Assembly: GCA_964521965.1 (NCBI GenBank)
Contig: CAZFUM010000046.1
Span: forward strand, 1 to 15,385
Length of the DNA: 15,385 nucleotides
Direction of reading: 5' to 3'
From: an uncultured bacterium
Lineage (GTDB): Bacteria; Oederibacteriota; JAJYGY01; DAIDJD01
A program made the position numbers and the translations under genes. This document shows, piece after piece, positions 1 to 6,718 of this stretch (positions are counted from its first letter, which is position 1; every line of letters begins with the position of its first letter). The notes beneath the pieces are model-generated. The model saw only the letters and a program-made list of their open reading frames with translations. It did no database searches and was not told where the DNA came from.

Positions 1-720
1 CCCTATGTTTTCTTAGCTGCTGCCTTTGCCAGCCCCGTGGTTTTTCTCTCACCCACCCCCACCCCCTCTTATTCTGCCTCGCGCACCGCCACAGTTACTC
101 GGTCTGCCTCGCCGACATTTAGCGACAGCCCGACCCCTTCAGCGCCCACGGCGACGCGTTCTGCCACAGCAAGCGCCACTGAGTCAGCCAGCCCGTCGCC
201 TAGCCCCACGGCCAGCCCGACGCTTGCTGACAGCGCCACGGTTTCGCCTACTTTCACCGATGTGCCGGCTGGCAGCAGCCCGACGGCTACGCTCACAGCT
301 ACTTTAGTTGAAACTTATACCAACACCCCGACACCTAGTGTCAGCCCGACTGCCAGCGACACGGCGAGTCTTAGTGCAACGCCCAGCAACGTGGTCGTTG
401 GCCCTAGTCTGACCAACACCTTGGTCGCGCCCTGCTGCGTTAATGGCCAGGTGATTGATGCCCAGGCCGTGCCCAACCCTGCCTGGGGCTCGGCAGTCTT
501 GTTGGGCGTGAAGCTCGATGCCGCTGCATCTAAGATACGCGTGAGCATTTACAGCAGCGCGCACACATTAGTTTGGAAGGGAAGCTTTGAGAGCGGCTAT
601 GCCTTGGGTTGGAATAGCCTTGCCTTGCCACCCCTTTCATTGGCTTCAGGGTCCTACTACTTGGTGGTCGATAGCGGGGCTGCGCCCAAGAAAGTTGTAA
701 AAGCGTTTATTTATCGCTGA
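1..720 (+). CDS. Secreted Ser/Thr/Pro-rich protein with a T9SS-type (Por_Secre_tail / FlgD-Ig-like) C-terminal sorting domain. It is 5'-partial: frame 1 is open from nt 1, and the GTG at 37 is only the first in-window start.
   Basis: Frame 1 is open from the window start. It codes a long S/T/P/A low-complexity region. The C-terminal ~110 aa (nt ~388-720) reads VPNPA...IRVSIYSSAHTLVWKG...GWNSLAL...SGSYYLVVDSGAAPKKVVKAFIYR. It aligns by eye with the C-terminus of the 1246-aa protein (YPNPS...VTVFDLLGEKIAVWDKG...GWACWDLKN...PGLYYLMLVVDGKLIWGKMTIRP) and with the general T9SS CTD pattern (xPNP, alternating beta-strands, G.YY motif, basic C-terminus). Confidence 0.6.
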   Translation, partial: PYVFLAAAFASPVVFLSPTPTPSYSASRTATVTRSASPTFSDSPTPSAPTATRSATASATESASPSPSPTASPTLADSATVSPTFTDVPAGSSPTATLTATLVETYTNTPTPSVSPTASDTASLSATPSNVVVGPSLTNTLVAPCCVNGQVIDAQAVPNPAWGSAVLLGVKLDAAASKIRVSIYSSAHTLVWKGSFESGYALGWNSLALPPLSLASGSYYLVVDSGAAPKKVVKAFIYR

Positions 721-730
721 AATAGATTGA

Positions 731-1774
731 ATGAAAGCCAACAGCTACCTCATCTGCCCCAATCCCTTTAAAGGTACCTACACAGCCCTGCAGGCTGCGC
801 GCCTGCTTGCCCGCAAGGTCAGGCAAGCTGACCCTCAGGCGCGCATAAGCCTCTTGCCCCTAGCTGACGGCGGGCCTGGCACGCTCGAGGCAGTGCATGC
901 TGCCCGCGGAGGCCAGTGGCGCAAAGCGCGGGTGCGCGGGCCTTTGGGTAAGACTGTGAGGGCGCGTTGGCTTAAATTGGGGCGTATTGCTGTGATCGAA
1001 TCTGCCGAGGCGATAGGGCTGCAAGTTCTAAAAAGTGGCAGGGGTAACGCGAAGAGTTCGTTGCAAGCGAGCAGTTTTGGCTTGGGTCAACTTATCTTGG
1101 CGGCTCAGCGAGCTGGCTGTCGTGAGATTTGGATAGGATTAGGCGGTAGTTGCACGAGCGATGGCGGCAAGGGCATGGCCCAGGCTCTGGGCTGGCGTTT
1201 TTTGGATAATCAGGGTAGTGAATTAAAAAGTGGCGGAAAAAGTTTAGTGGACCTTGCCACCGCGCTTCCTTCTAATAAAAAATTATTTAGGACGCGTATT
1301 CACATTCTAAGCGACGTTAAAAATCAATTAAATGGCCCGCAAGGCGCGGCCCGAATATTTTCACCGCAAAAAGGCGCTGGGCCCCGTGAAGTCAAAATCT
1401 TGCAGCGGGGGCTGGCTCGACTCTCAAAGATTTGTGGGGGCAAGCAGGCCAAGCGGGCTGGTGCTGGCGCCGCAGGCGGTTTGGGTTATGGCCTGCTGGC
1501 GTTTGCGGGCGCGCGCATGGAGCCCGGGGCTGATACGTTGATGAAATGGGCGGGTTTTAGCGCGCGTTTAAAGCACTGTGATATTTTGGTGACGGGTGAG
1601 GGGTGCTTTGATCGCTCGTCCAGCATGGGCAAATTGCCATGGCGCTTGGCCCAAGCCGGGCTCAAAGCTAACAAAAAAGTCTGGATCGTGGCAGGCCAAG
1701 TGGCCTGGCGACCCAGACTTAAAGATTTGACTCTCATTGATTTGAAAATTAATCGCTATTTTGGCGCTCTTTAA
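731..1774 (+). CDS. glxK: Glycerate kinase (GlxK/GarK family, glycerate 2-/3-kinase).
   Basis: N-terminal ICPNPFKG (compare IAPDSFKGS), LADGGPGT, GLGGSCTSDGGKGMAQALG, GAGAAGGLGYGLL and LVTGEGCFDRSSSMGK are family-typical motifs. The 347-aa length is appropriate. Confidence 0.8.
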   Translation: MKANSYLICPNPFKGTYTALQAARLLARKVRQADPQARISLLPLADGGPGTLEAVHAARGGQWRKARVRGPLGKTVRARWLKLGRIAVIESAEAIGLQVLKSGRGNAKSSLQASSFGLGQLILAAQRAGCREIWIGLGGSCTSDGGKGMAQALGWRFLDNQGSELKSGGKSLVDLATALPSNKKLFRTRIHILSDVKNQLNGPQGAARIFSPQKGAGPREVKILQRGLARLSKICGGKQAKRAGAGAAGGLGYGLLAFAGARMEPGADTLMKWAGFSARLKHCDILVTGEGCFDRSSSMGKLPWRLAQAGLKANKKVWIVAGQVAWRPRLKDLTLIDLKINRYFGAL

Positions 1775-2087
1775 TTAATTTCAGTGCCTTGCGCTCGGCG
1801 ACAACTTTCTTCAGCGCAGCTTGGGAATTTTGATTGCGGTAGTTGTAGTCCAGCGAGTCGCGCCAAAGAAGTTCGGCTGTGCCGTATTTGTTGGCTAGAT
1901 ATGCCTCAAGGCCCCTTTGATAAAGTCGATCACTCTCTTTGCGTTCGTAGGCTGTTACTTTTTTGGGCGTTGCTTTGGCGACCGGTCTCGACTTGCTTGG
2001 ATAAATGTTCCGGCAACCTGCTATGCCCGGCGCTGCGCCTATAAAGACGGCAAGGGCAGCACCGCAGGCTAGCTGGTTAAATTTCAT
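1749..2087 (-). CDS. Small lipoprotein of unknown function, last gene of the minus-strand operon.
   Basis: The signal peptide MKFNQLACGAALAVFIGAAPGIAGC carries a lipobox (IAG|C). The rest is hydrophilic and rich in K/E/R, and looks helical. A 4-nt start/stop overlap with the upstream SPFH gene suggests translational coupling. Confidence 0.5.
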   Translation of the reverse strand: MKFNQLACGAALAVFIGAAPGIAGCRNIYPSKSRPVAKATPKKVTAYERKESDRLYQRGLEAYLANKYGTAELLWRDSLDYNYRNQNSQAALKKVVAERKALKLIKERQNSD

Positions 2088-2953
2088 TCTTCGTCTTTGC
2101 GCTTTCTGATCGGCAGCGGAGCCAGGCCAGCCAGGTCGCCAATCACATTCACGAGATCTTTGTCAGCGGGCAATACAATTTTAGAATTGTGAGAGAGTGA
2201 TTTTTCGACGGCTTCGATGCGGCGTAAGACTTGCGCGTTGCCCACAAAATACTTTTCGGCAGCTTCGTTTACCAGCGCAATGGCCGCGGCTTCGCCTTCG
2301 GCTTCGAGAATTCGCGCTGTCTTGACGCCTTCAGCTTTCTTGATGCTGGCGCGTTTTTCGCCATCGGCCTCGGTTTCATGCGCTGAAGCAAAGTCCACGG
2401 CGGCAATCTTTTCGTTCTCGGCCTTCACCACTTTGTTCATGGTTTCTTGCACATCTTTGGGCGGGTCGATTTCTTTGAGTTCGGTGCGCACAATTTCGAG
2501 GCCCCATTTGCCGGTCTCAATGGTAAGTATGCGGTGCAGTTCTTCGTTGATACGGCCGCGCTCGCTGTTGGCTGACTTGAGTGTCATGGTGCCAATGATG
2601 GCACGCAAGGTCGTGCGGGCTAAATTGACGATTTGATAGGCGTGGTTGTTGACTTGATATTGGCTCGACTTGACCGACTCTTGATCGTCTTTAACCTTGA
2701 AATAGACCTGGGCATCGACGCGCGCGTTCAAGTTATCGTTGGTGATGATTTCCTGAGGTTCGGCATCGACCATTTGTTCGGTGATGTTGACGCGATACAT
2801 ATGGTCAACAAAAGGGATGATCCAATGAAAGCCCGGGTTGGCGAAGTGAACAAAGCGACCAAAGCGCTCGATCAGGCCGCGATGGGTGGGGCGTAGTATT
2901 CGCACGCCCATTATAAAGAATAGAAATGCAAAGAATCCGATCGCTGCGTACAT
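2084..2953 (-). CDS. SPFH / band-7 (stomatin-prohibitin-flotillin-HflK/C) domain membrane protein.
   Basis: An N-terminal transmembrane helix (AAIGFFAFLFFIMGVRIL) is followed by an SPFH core (RGLIERFGRFVHFANPGFHWIIPFVD...NITEQ...ITNDNLNARVDAQVYFKV...). The C-terminus is an Ala/Glu-rich coiled-coil region, the typical stomatin-like topology. A GGAG lies 8 nt upstream of the ATG. Confidence 0.85.
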   Translation of the reverse strand: MYAAIGFFAFLFFIMGVRILRPTHRGLIERFGRFVHFANPGFHWIIPFVDHMYRVNITEQMVDAEPQEIITNDNLNARVDAQVYFKVKDDQESVKSSQYQVNNHAYQIVNLARTTLRAIIGTMTLKSANSERGRINEELHRILTIETGKWGLEIVRTELKEIDPPKDVQETMNKVVKAENEKIAAVDFASAHETEADGEKRASIKKAEGVKTARILEAEGEAAAIALVNEAAEKYFVGNAQVLRRIEAVEKSLSHNSKIVLPADKDLVNVIGDLAGLAPLPIRKRKDEE

Positions 2954-2977
2954 GGTTTGCTCCGTTGAGAAGGGCCG

Positions 2978-5900
2978 CTAGGGCCGGATGGTCATCTTAC
3001 CCCAGATCAGCTTGCCGTCCACGACTAGCATCAAATAATAGAGGCCAGGCGCGCAGGTGGCGCCGCTTGAATTTTTGAGGTCCCAACAGGCCCAGCCTTG
3101 ATTGGCCGAGCCTTGTCCTTTATCCCATACAGCTATTTTTTCACCTAGCAGGTCAAAGACCGTCACTTCAGCTTTTTGACCTGGCGCAAAGGCCACGCAG
3201 GCTCGGCCTAGGGCCTGGCTGCTGGGATTGGGATAAACCAAAAGCCCGTCGCTGACGCGGGGATAGGGCGTGGCGGTGGGGGGCACGATAGGCGTCTGGG
3301 TCAAGCTTGGGCTGGCAGTGGCGGTGGGCGTGATGCTGGGCGTGGGTGAGGCGCTGTAAGTACCCGTCACCGAGTGGGTGGGGCTTTCAGTCGCACTCGC
3401 GCTTTGTGTCGGGCTGCTGCTGCGGGTGGCGCTCGGCGTGGGTGTTGCGCTGCGGGTGGGGCTGGCGCTAAAGGTATAAGTAGCAGTGCGTGTGGCCGTC
3501 TGCGTGGCCGTGGGGCTAATGGTAGCAGTCTGCGTAGGCGTGGCCGTGGGCGTGGCAATGCCCACGCCATTGCCGCAGCCGTAAATCAAAACGCGTTGGT
3601 TGACGCTGTCAGCCACCCAAAGGCTCTCGGGCGCATTGGCTGCAACACTGCGCGGGCCATTGAGGCTGTCGCTGCCCACGGTGGCAGATAAGCTGGTGAA
3701 GCTGCTTTGGCCATAAATCAAATCTGCGTTAGGGTTGAATAAAGGGTTCCAACCCAGCACGCGTGAAAAGCCGCTGTCAGCTACAAAGAGGCGGCCCGAG
3801 CTATCGAGACCCAGTCCTTGGGGACTTGAGAGGCTTTGAGCCGAGGGCGTGAGCGAGCCCTGACCGGCCAAATTGGCGTTGAAATTCACTTGGCCTAGTA
3901 CGACAAACGCTGTCTGACTCAGGGGCGCCAAAGAATAGCCCATAACGCGGTGGTTGGCTGTGTCTGAGACCCAAAGGCGTGAGGCGTCGATCGCTACGCC
4001 CTGGGGAAAAGAGAGACTGGCTGAACTGGGTGTGCTGCCGAGATTGTTCAAGGCCGTACTGAATGAGCCACCCTGACCCCAGACTTGGTTGGCTGAAGTC
4101 GAAAGTGTAGGGTCAGAAAAATACAGCACTCGGTGGTTATTGCGGTCGGCAACCGCTAAGCGGCTAAAACTATCGCAGGCCACTTGCATAGGCAGATTGA
4201 GGCTATCGGCTGCTGCTGGGCCGCCGCGGTTAGCGCTGCTCGAGGTGAAATCTGCCTGACCCAGCAGCAGGTCAGCGCTGGCTAAGCTGGCCACCGGCGC
4301 GGTGAAATGCAAGATGCGGTGGTTACCGCTATCGGCCACCCAGAGCGCACCATTGTTAGGATCGACCGCTAGACCTTCGGGCCCGTTAAGGCTGTTAGCG
4401 GCTGTGCTGCCGCCTTGATTTGCGCTGCTGGCAGTGAAATTGACTTGTCCTAACACGCCATTGGCCGGCATGCCCATGATCATGGCTGATACGTCATTCC
4501 ATATCAGCACGCGGTGATGGTTTGTATCGGCCACATAGGCGCGGTAAGGGAAGCTGCGCGTGTCGATGGCGATGCCGCCCGGGTTGGATAGGCCCGCAGC
4601 GGTGGTTGCACCTGTGCCTGTGCTGCTGAGTGAGTTAACGCCGAGGGCGAGACAGCCAGGTTTGACCGCAGGCGGCACGGGTGTGGGTGTGGATGTGGGT
4701 GACGCTGTGTAAGTCGCTGTGACGGTAAATGTCGGCGAAATGCTAAAGGTTTCAGTGGCCGTGAGGGTGGCGGTGCGTGACACCGTGGCCGTGCGCGTGG
4801 GCGTGGCGCTGCGCGAAGACGTGGGGCTGATGGTGCCGCTATGGGTGAACGACGGGCTCAGCGTGGCGGTGATGCTTTCAGTAGGCGAAGCGCTATAGGT
4901 GGGCGATTCACTGAAAGTGCTTGACTCGGTAAAACTTGCGCTTTGAGTGGGGCTCGCTGTCTCGGTTTCGCTGGCTGTGGCGGTAGCCGTAGGAGTCTCA
5001 GAATAGCTTGGTGTAGGGCTGGCCGTCATGCTGCGCGTATAGGTTGGGGTACCGCAAGCAGGCTCTATGCTGGGGTAGGTGAAGATGACCGCTAAATTGG
5101 GGAAGAGAGCAGCTTGGTCGCAGCTCATTTCTAAGCCTGTGCGATTAGGGCAGTCAAAGTAGCTGCGTATGCCGGATGAGGCCGTGGCCCCAAAGCTGGT
5201 TGATGCCGTGTCAAAATACTGCAAGGTAATGCTGTTGAGAGTCTCAGAGAGGATAGCTTCAACCGTGATGGTATTAGCAGATTGATAGAGCTGCACGTTT
5301 TGCCATTGAATCACAGCCATGCGCAAAGGCGCGCTGCCCAGCACCGCGACGTGCACGCTGCCACCTGCGCTGGGGTCTAAGTCAGTCCAGAAGGGAGCCA
5401 CGATACACAAAGGCGAACCTGCGGCATTGAGGCAGTTGTCAGCATATTCAGTTGAATAGCCGCTAAAACGAATCAAGCCATTGGTTGAAATCGAGATGGA
5501 CTGATAAGTGGCCCCGTAAAACTTGAAATTAAAGCCCATGTCAAAATTCACGGCGCCGTCATCATTGTTGGGATCAAAATTCAGGGCTGGAGCGCTGCCC
5601 GATATATCTATCCAATTGAAGCTCGTTTCTTGCAGGGTGTAGCCAAAGACATCGCTCTTATAAATAGGCGTGCGCGTGGCGGTGGGGCTGGCGCTATAGG
5701 TTTGGCTGGCCTGGGGCGTTTCGCTGGGCGTTCCTGTCAGGGTGCCTGTATCGCTAGCGCTGGGGCTGGCACTGAATGTGGGACTGATGGTGGCAGTCTC
5801 GCTGGCGCTGGGGCTAGCTGTGCTGGTGGGACTAGGGCTAAAGGTGGGTGTGACCGTGGGCGAGGCAGTGAAGGTCGGGCTCTCGGTGGCGCTGGGGCTG

Positions 5901-6718
5901 GCGCTAAAGGTAGGTGTTTCGGTGGGGCTGGCGCTAAAGCTGGGGCTGGCCGAAAAAGTCGGGCTGATGCTAAAGGTCGGGGTGATGCTGCTCGTGGGTG
6001 ATTCAGTGGCTGTGAGGGTGCCCGTGCGGGTGGGTGTGCCGCAAGACGGCTCAGGCGAAGGATAGCTGTAACGAATGGCCAAGCTATCGGTCAAGAAAGG
6101 CTGTTGGCAAGCGATCGCTAGGCCACTGCGATTGGGGCAGTCAAAGTAGCTGCGCAGGCCAGCCACGGCCAGTGAACCTGAGCCATTGCCAGAAGTGCTC
6201 AAGTATTGAACCAGAATATCGTTGGCGCCCTCAAAGAGCACCATTTGAAACGTCACGTCACCCCCACCTACGCGCGCGGTCACGCTCGTGAACTGAAAAA
6301 TCGTGGCGCGGTTGGGGCTGATACCTTGAGTCTGATAGCGAATTTCGCCGCCTAGGCCCGGGTCTAAATCGATCCAATAGCCCGCGGCAATGCCATAAGG
6401 CGCCAGATTGGCATTTACGCAGCTGTTGCCAAAGTAGGCGCTCTGAACGCCAAATTGCAGATAGCCATTGGTAGCGACCGAAACCTTGCTATAGCCTGCG
6501 CCATAGAACTTAAAGGTAAATGGCAGGTCGATGAGCGTTGAGCCGTCATCACTGTTGGGCGCAAAGCTGGCCAAGGGAATGAGCGTGCCGCTCGTACGGA
6601 TGTCGTTCCAGAAGATGGGCGTGTCTTGTCCGACATAACCAAAAGTATCGCTGACGCTGACGGCCGCCAATCTCGCGGCGCATAGGCCGAGCGCAGCGAT
6701 GAGGGTCAGTCGCCTCAT
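2978..6718 (-). CDS. Giant secreted or cell-surface protein of 1246 aa. Order: signal peptide, NIDO-like domain 1, STP linker, NIDO-like domain 2, STP linker, six-bladed NHL-repeat beta-propeller, STP linker, T9SS-type C-terminal sorting domain.
   Basis: Signal peptide MRRLTLIAALGLCAARLAAVS. Two homologous ~205-aa domains each carry F.FKFYG..Y..(V/I)S(V/I).TNG..(Q/R)F and ...APFWTDLDPSAGG / APYG..AGYWIDLDPGLGG, which is the NIDO hallmark iaPfWaDvD..gG. Each also ends in a conserved SYFDCPNR(S/T)GL...C. Six (V/A)(A/S)D..N(H/Q)R(V/I) blades are present (YVADTNHHRVLIW, WVADSGNHRILHF, AVADRNNHRVLYF, WVSDTANHRVMGY, FVADSGFSRVLGW, WVADSVNQRVLIY), which is the NHL repeat. The C-terminal 86 aa begin YPNP and end ...GKMTIRP. 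Confidence 0.85.
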   Translation of the reverse strand: MRRLTLIAALGLCAARLAAVSVSDTFGYVGQDTPIFWNDIRTSGTLIPLASFAPNSDDGSTLIDLPFTFKFYGAGYSKVSVATNGYLQFGVQSAYFGNSCVNANLAPYGIAAGYWIDLDPGLGGEIRYQTQGISPNRATIFQFTSVTARVGGGDVTFQMVLFEGANDILVQYLSTSGNGSGSLAVAGLRSYFDCPNRSGLAIACQQPFLTDSLAIRYSYPSPEPSCGTPTRTGTLTATESPTSSITPTFSISPTFSASPSFSASPTETPTFSASPSATESPTFTASPTVTPTFSPSPTSTASPSASETATISPTFSASPSASDTGTLTGTPSETPQASQTYSASPTATRTPIYKSDVFGYTLQETSFNWIDISGSAPALNFDPNNDDGAVNFDMGFNFKFYGATYQSISISTNGLIRFSGYSTEYADNCLNAAGSPLCIVAPFWTDLDPSAGGSVHVAVLGSAPLRMAVIQWQNVQLYQSANTITVEAILSETLNSITLQYFDTASTSFGATASSGIRSYFDCPNRTGLEMSCDQAALFPNLAVIFTYPSIEPACGTPTYTRSMTASPTPSYSETPTATATASETETASPTQSASFTESSTFSESPTYSASPTESITATLSPSFTHSGTISPTSSRSATPTRTATVSRTATLTATETFSISPTFTVTATYTASPTSTPTPVPPAVKPGCLALGVNSLSSTGTGATTAAGLSNPGGIAIDTRSFPYRAYVADTNHHRVLIWNDVSAMIMGMPANGVLGQVNFTASSANQGGSTAANSLNGPEGLAVDPNNGALWVADSGNHRILHFTAPVASLASADLLLGQADFTSSSANRGGPAAADSLNLPMQVACDSFSRLAVADRNNHRVLYFSDPTLSTSANQVWGQGGSFSTALNNLGSTPSSASLSFPQGVAIDASRLWVSDTANHRVMGYSLAPLSQTAFVVLGQVNFNANLAGQGSLTPSAQSLSSPQGLGLDSSGRLFVADSGFSRVLGWNPLFNPNADLIYGQSSFTSLSATVGSDSLNGPRSVAANAPESLWVADSVNQRVLIYGCGNGVGIATPTATPTQTATISPTATQTATRTATYTFSASPTRSATPTPSATRSSSPTQSASATESPTHSVTGTYSASPTPSITPTATASPSLTQTPIVPPTATPYPRVSDGLLVYPNPSSQALGRACVAFAPGQKAEVTVFDLLGEKIAVWDKGQGSANQGWACWDLKNSSGATCAPGLYYLMLVVDGKLIWGKMTIRP
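2981..3238 (-). other. T9SS-type C-terminal sorting domain (Por_Secre_tail / FlgD-Ig-like beta-sandwich), residues ~1161-1246.
   Basis: YPNPSSQALGRACVAFAPGQKAEVTVFDLLGEKIAVWDKGQGSANQGWACWDLKNSSGATCAPGLYYLMLVVDGKLIWGKMTIRP has an xPNP start, a vydl.G..v pattern, a W.D..N..G core, sGvYyl and a basic C-terminus. Confidence 0.6.
3239..3583 (-). repeat. Thr/Pro/Ala/Ser-rich low-complexity linker 3 (residues ~1046-1160), between the NHL propeller and the C-terminal domain.
   Basis: Codes TPTATPTQTATISPTATQTATRTATYTFSASPTRSATPTPSATRSSSPTQSASATESP... It generates spurious ORFs 3367..3570 and 3374..3691. Confidence 0.6.
3584..4663 (-). other. Six-bladed NHL-repeat beta-propeller domain (residues ~686-1045).
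   Basis: Six evenly spaced (~55-60 aa) repeats match the ..(W/Y/F)V(A/S)D..N(H/Q)R(V/I)..(F/W/Y) NHL signature, as in the PknD sensor domain. Confidence 0.7.
4664..5041 (-). repeat. Ser/Thr/Pro-rich low-complexity linker 2 (residues ~560-685).
   Basis: Codes TASPTPSYSETPTATATASETETASPTQSASFTESSTFSESPTYSASPTES... with biased composition. Confidence 0.6.
5042..5656 (-). other. NIDO-like extracellular domain, copy 2 (residues ~355-559).
   Basis: Motifs FNFKFYGATYQSISISTNGLIRF, IVAPFWTDLDPSAGGSVHVA, TITVEAILSE...LQYF and SYFDCPNRTGLEMSC. Conserved positions are shared with copy 1 over the full length, so this is an internal duplication. Confidence 0.5.
5657..6028 (-). repeat. Ser/Thr/Pro-rich low-complexity linker 1 (residues ~231-354) with imperfect nucleotide tandem repeats.
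   Basis: Codes SPTFSASPS-type units. On the + strand, ggggctggcgctaaag-like units recur (for example near 5871, 5921 and 5939). The linker generates spurious antisense and alternate-frame ORFs such as 5742..6065. Confidence 0.65.
6029..6655 (-). other. NIDO-like extracellular domain, copy 1 (residues ~22-230).
   Basis: Motifs FTFKFYGAGYSKVSVATNGYLQF, LAPYGIAAGYWIDLDPGLGGEIRY, VTFQMVLFEG...LVQY and SYFDCPNRSGLAIAC. Confidence 0.45.
6656..6718 (-). other. Signal peptide of the giant protein (residues 1-21).
   Basis: MRRLTLIAALGLCAARLAAVS has a positive N-terminus, a hydrophobic core and an A-x-V-S cleavage region. Confidence 0.6.

Noticed and set aside
26-307. 93-aa Pro/Arg-rich ORF in an alternate frame of the S/T/P-rich coding region.
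   Set aside because: It overlaps the clearly coding frame-1 ORF and is the typical high-GC alternate-frame artefact. It has no domain features.
69-564. Antisense ORFs (69..296, 304..564 and 315..548, minus) opposite the first CDS.
   Set aside because: They lie opposite a strongly supported coding frame with a recognisable C-terminal domain, and their composition (Gly/Val/Ala runs) is the mirror of the STP codons.
3367-3691. ORFs 3367..3570 (-) and 3374..3691 (+), Arg/Pro/Ala-rich.
   Set aside because: They are embedded in STP linker 3 of the giant gene, as alternate-frame or antisense translation of repetitive GC-rich sequence.
3239-6028. CRISPR-like or mobile-element repeats suggested by reiterated short units.
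   Set aside because: The repeats are in-frame, imperfect coding repeats (Ser/Thr/Pro linkers) with no spacer regularity. No cas, transposase or integrase genes and no terminal inverted repeats were seen anywhere in the window.
5630-6291. ORFs 5630..6001 (+), 5742..6065 (+, VGLGLKVG repeats) and 6034..6291 (+).
   Set aside because: They are antisense to linker 1 and NIDO domain 1 of the giant gene. The repetitive Gly/Val/Leu/Lys periodicity reflects the complementary strand of SPTFSASPS codons.
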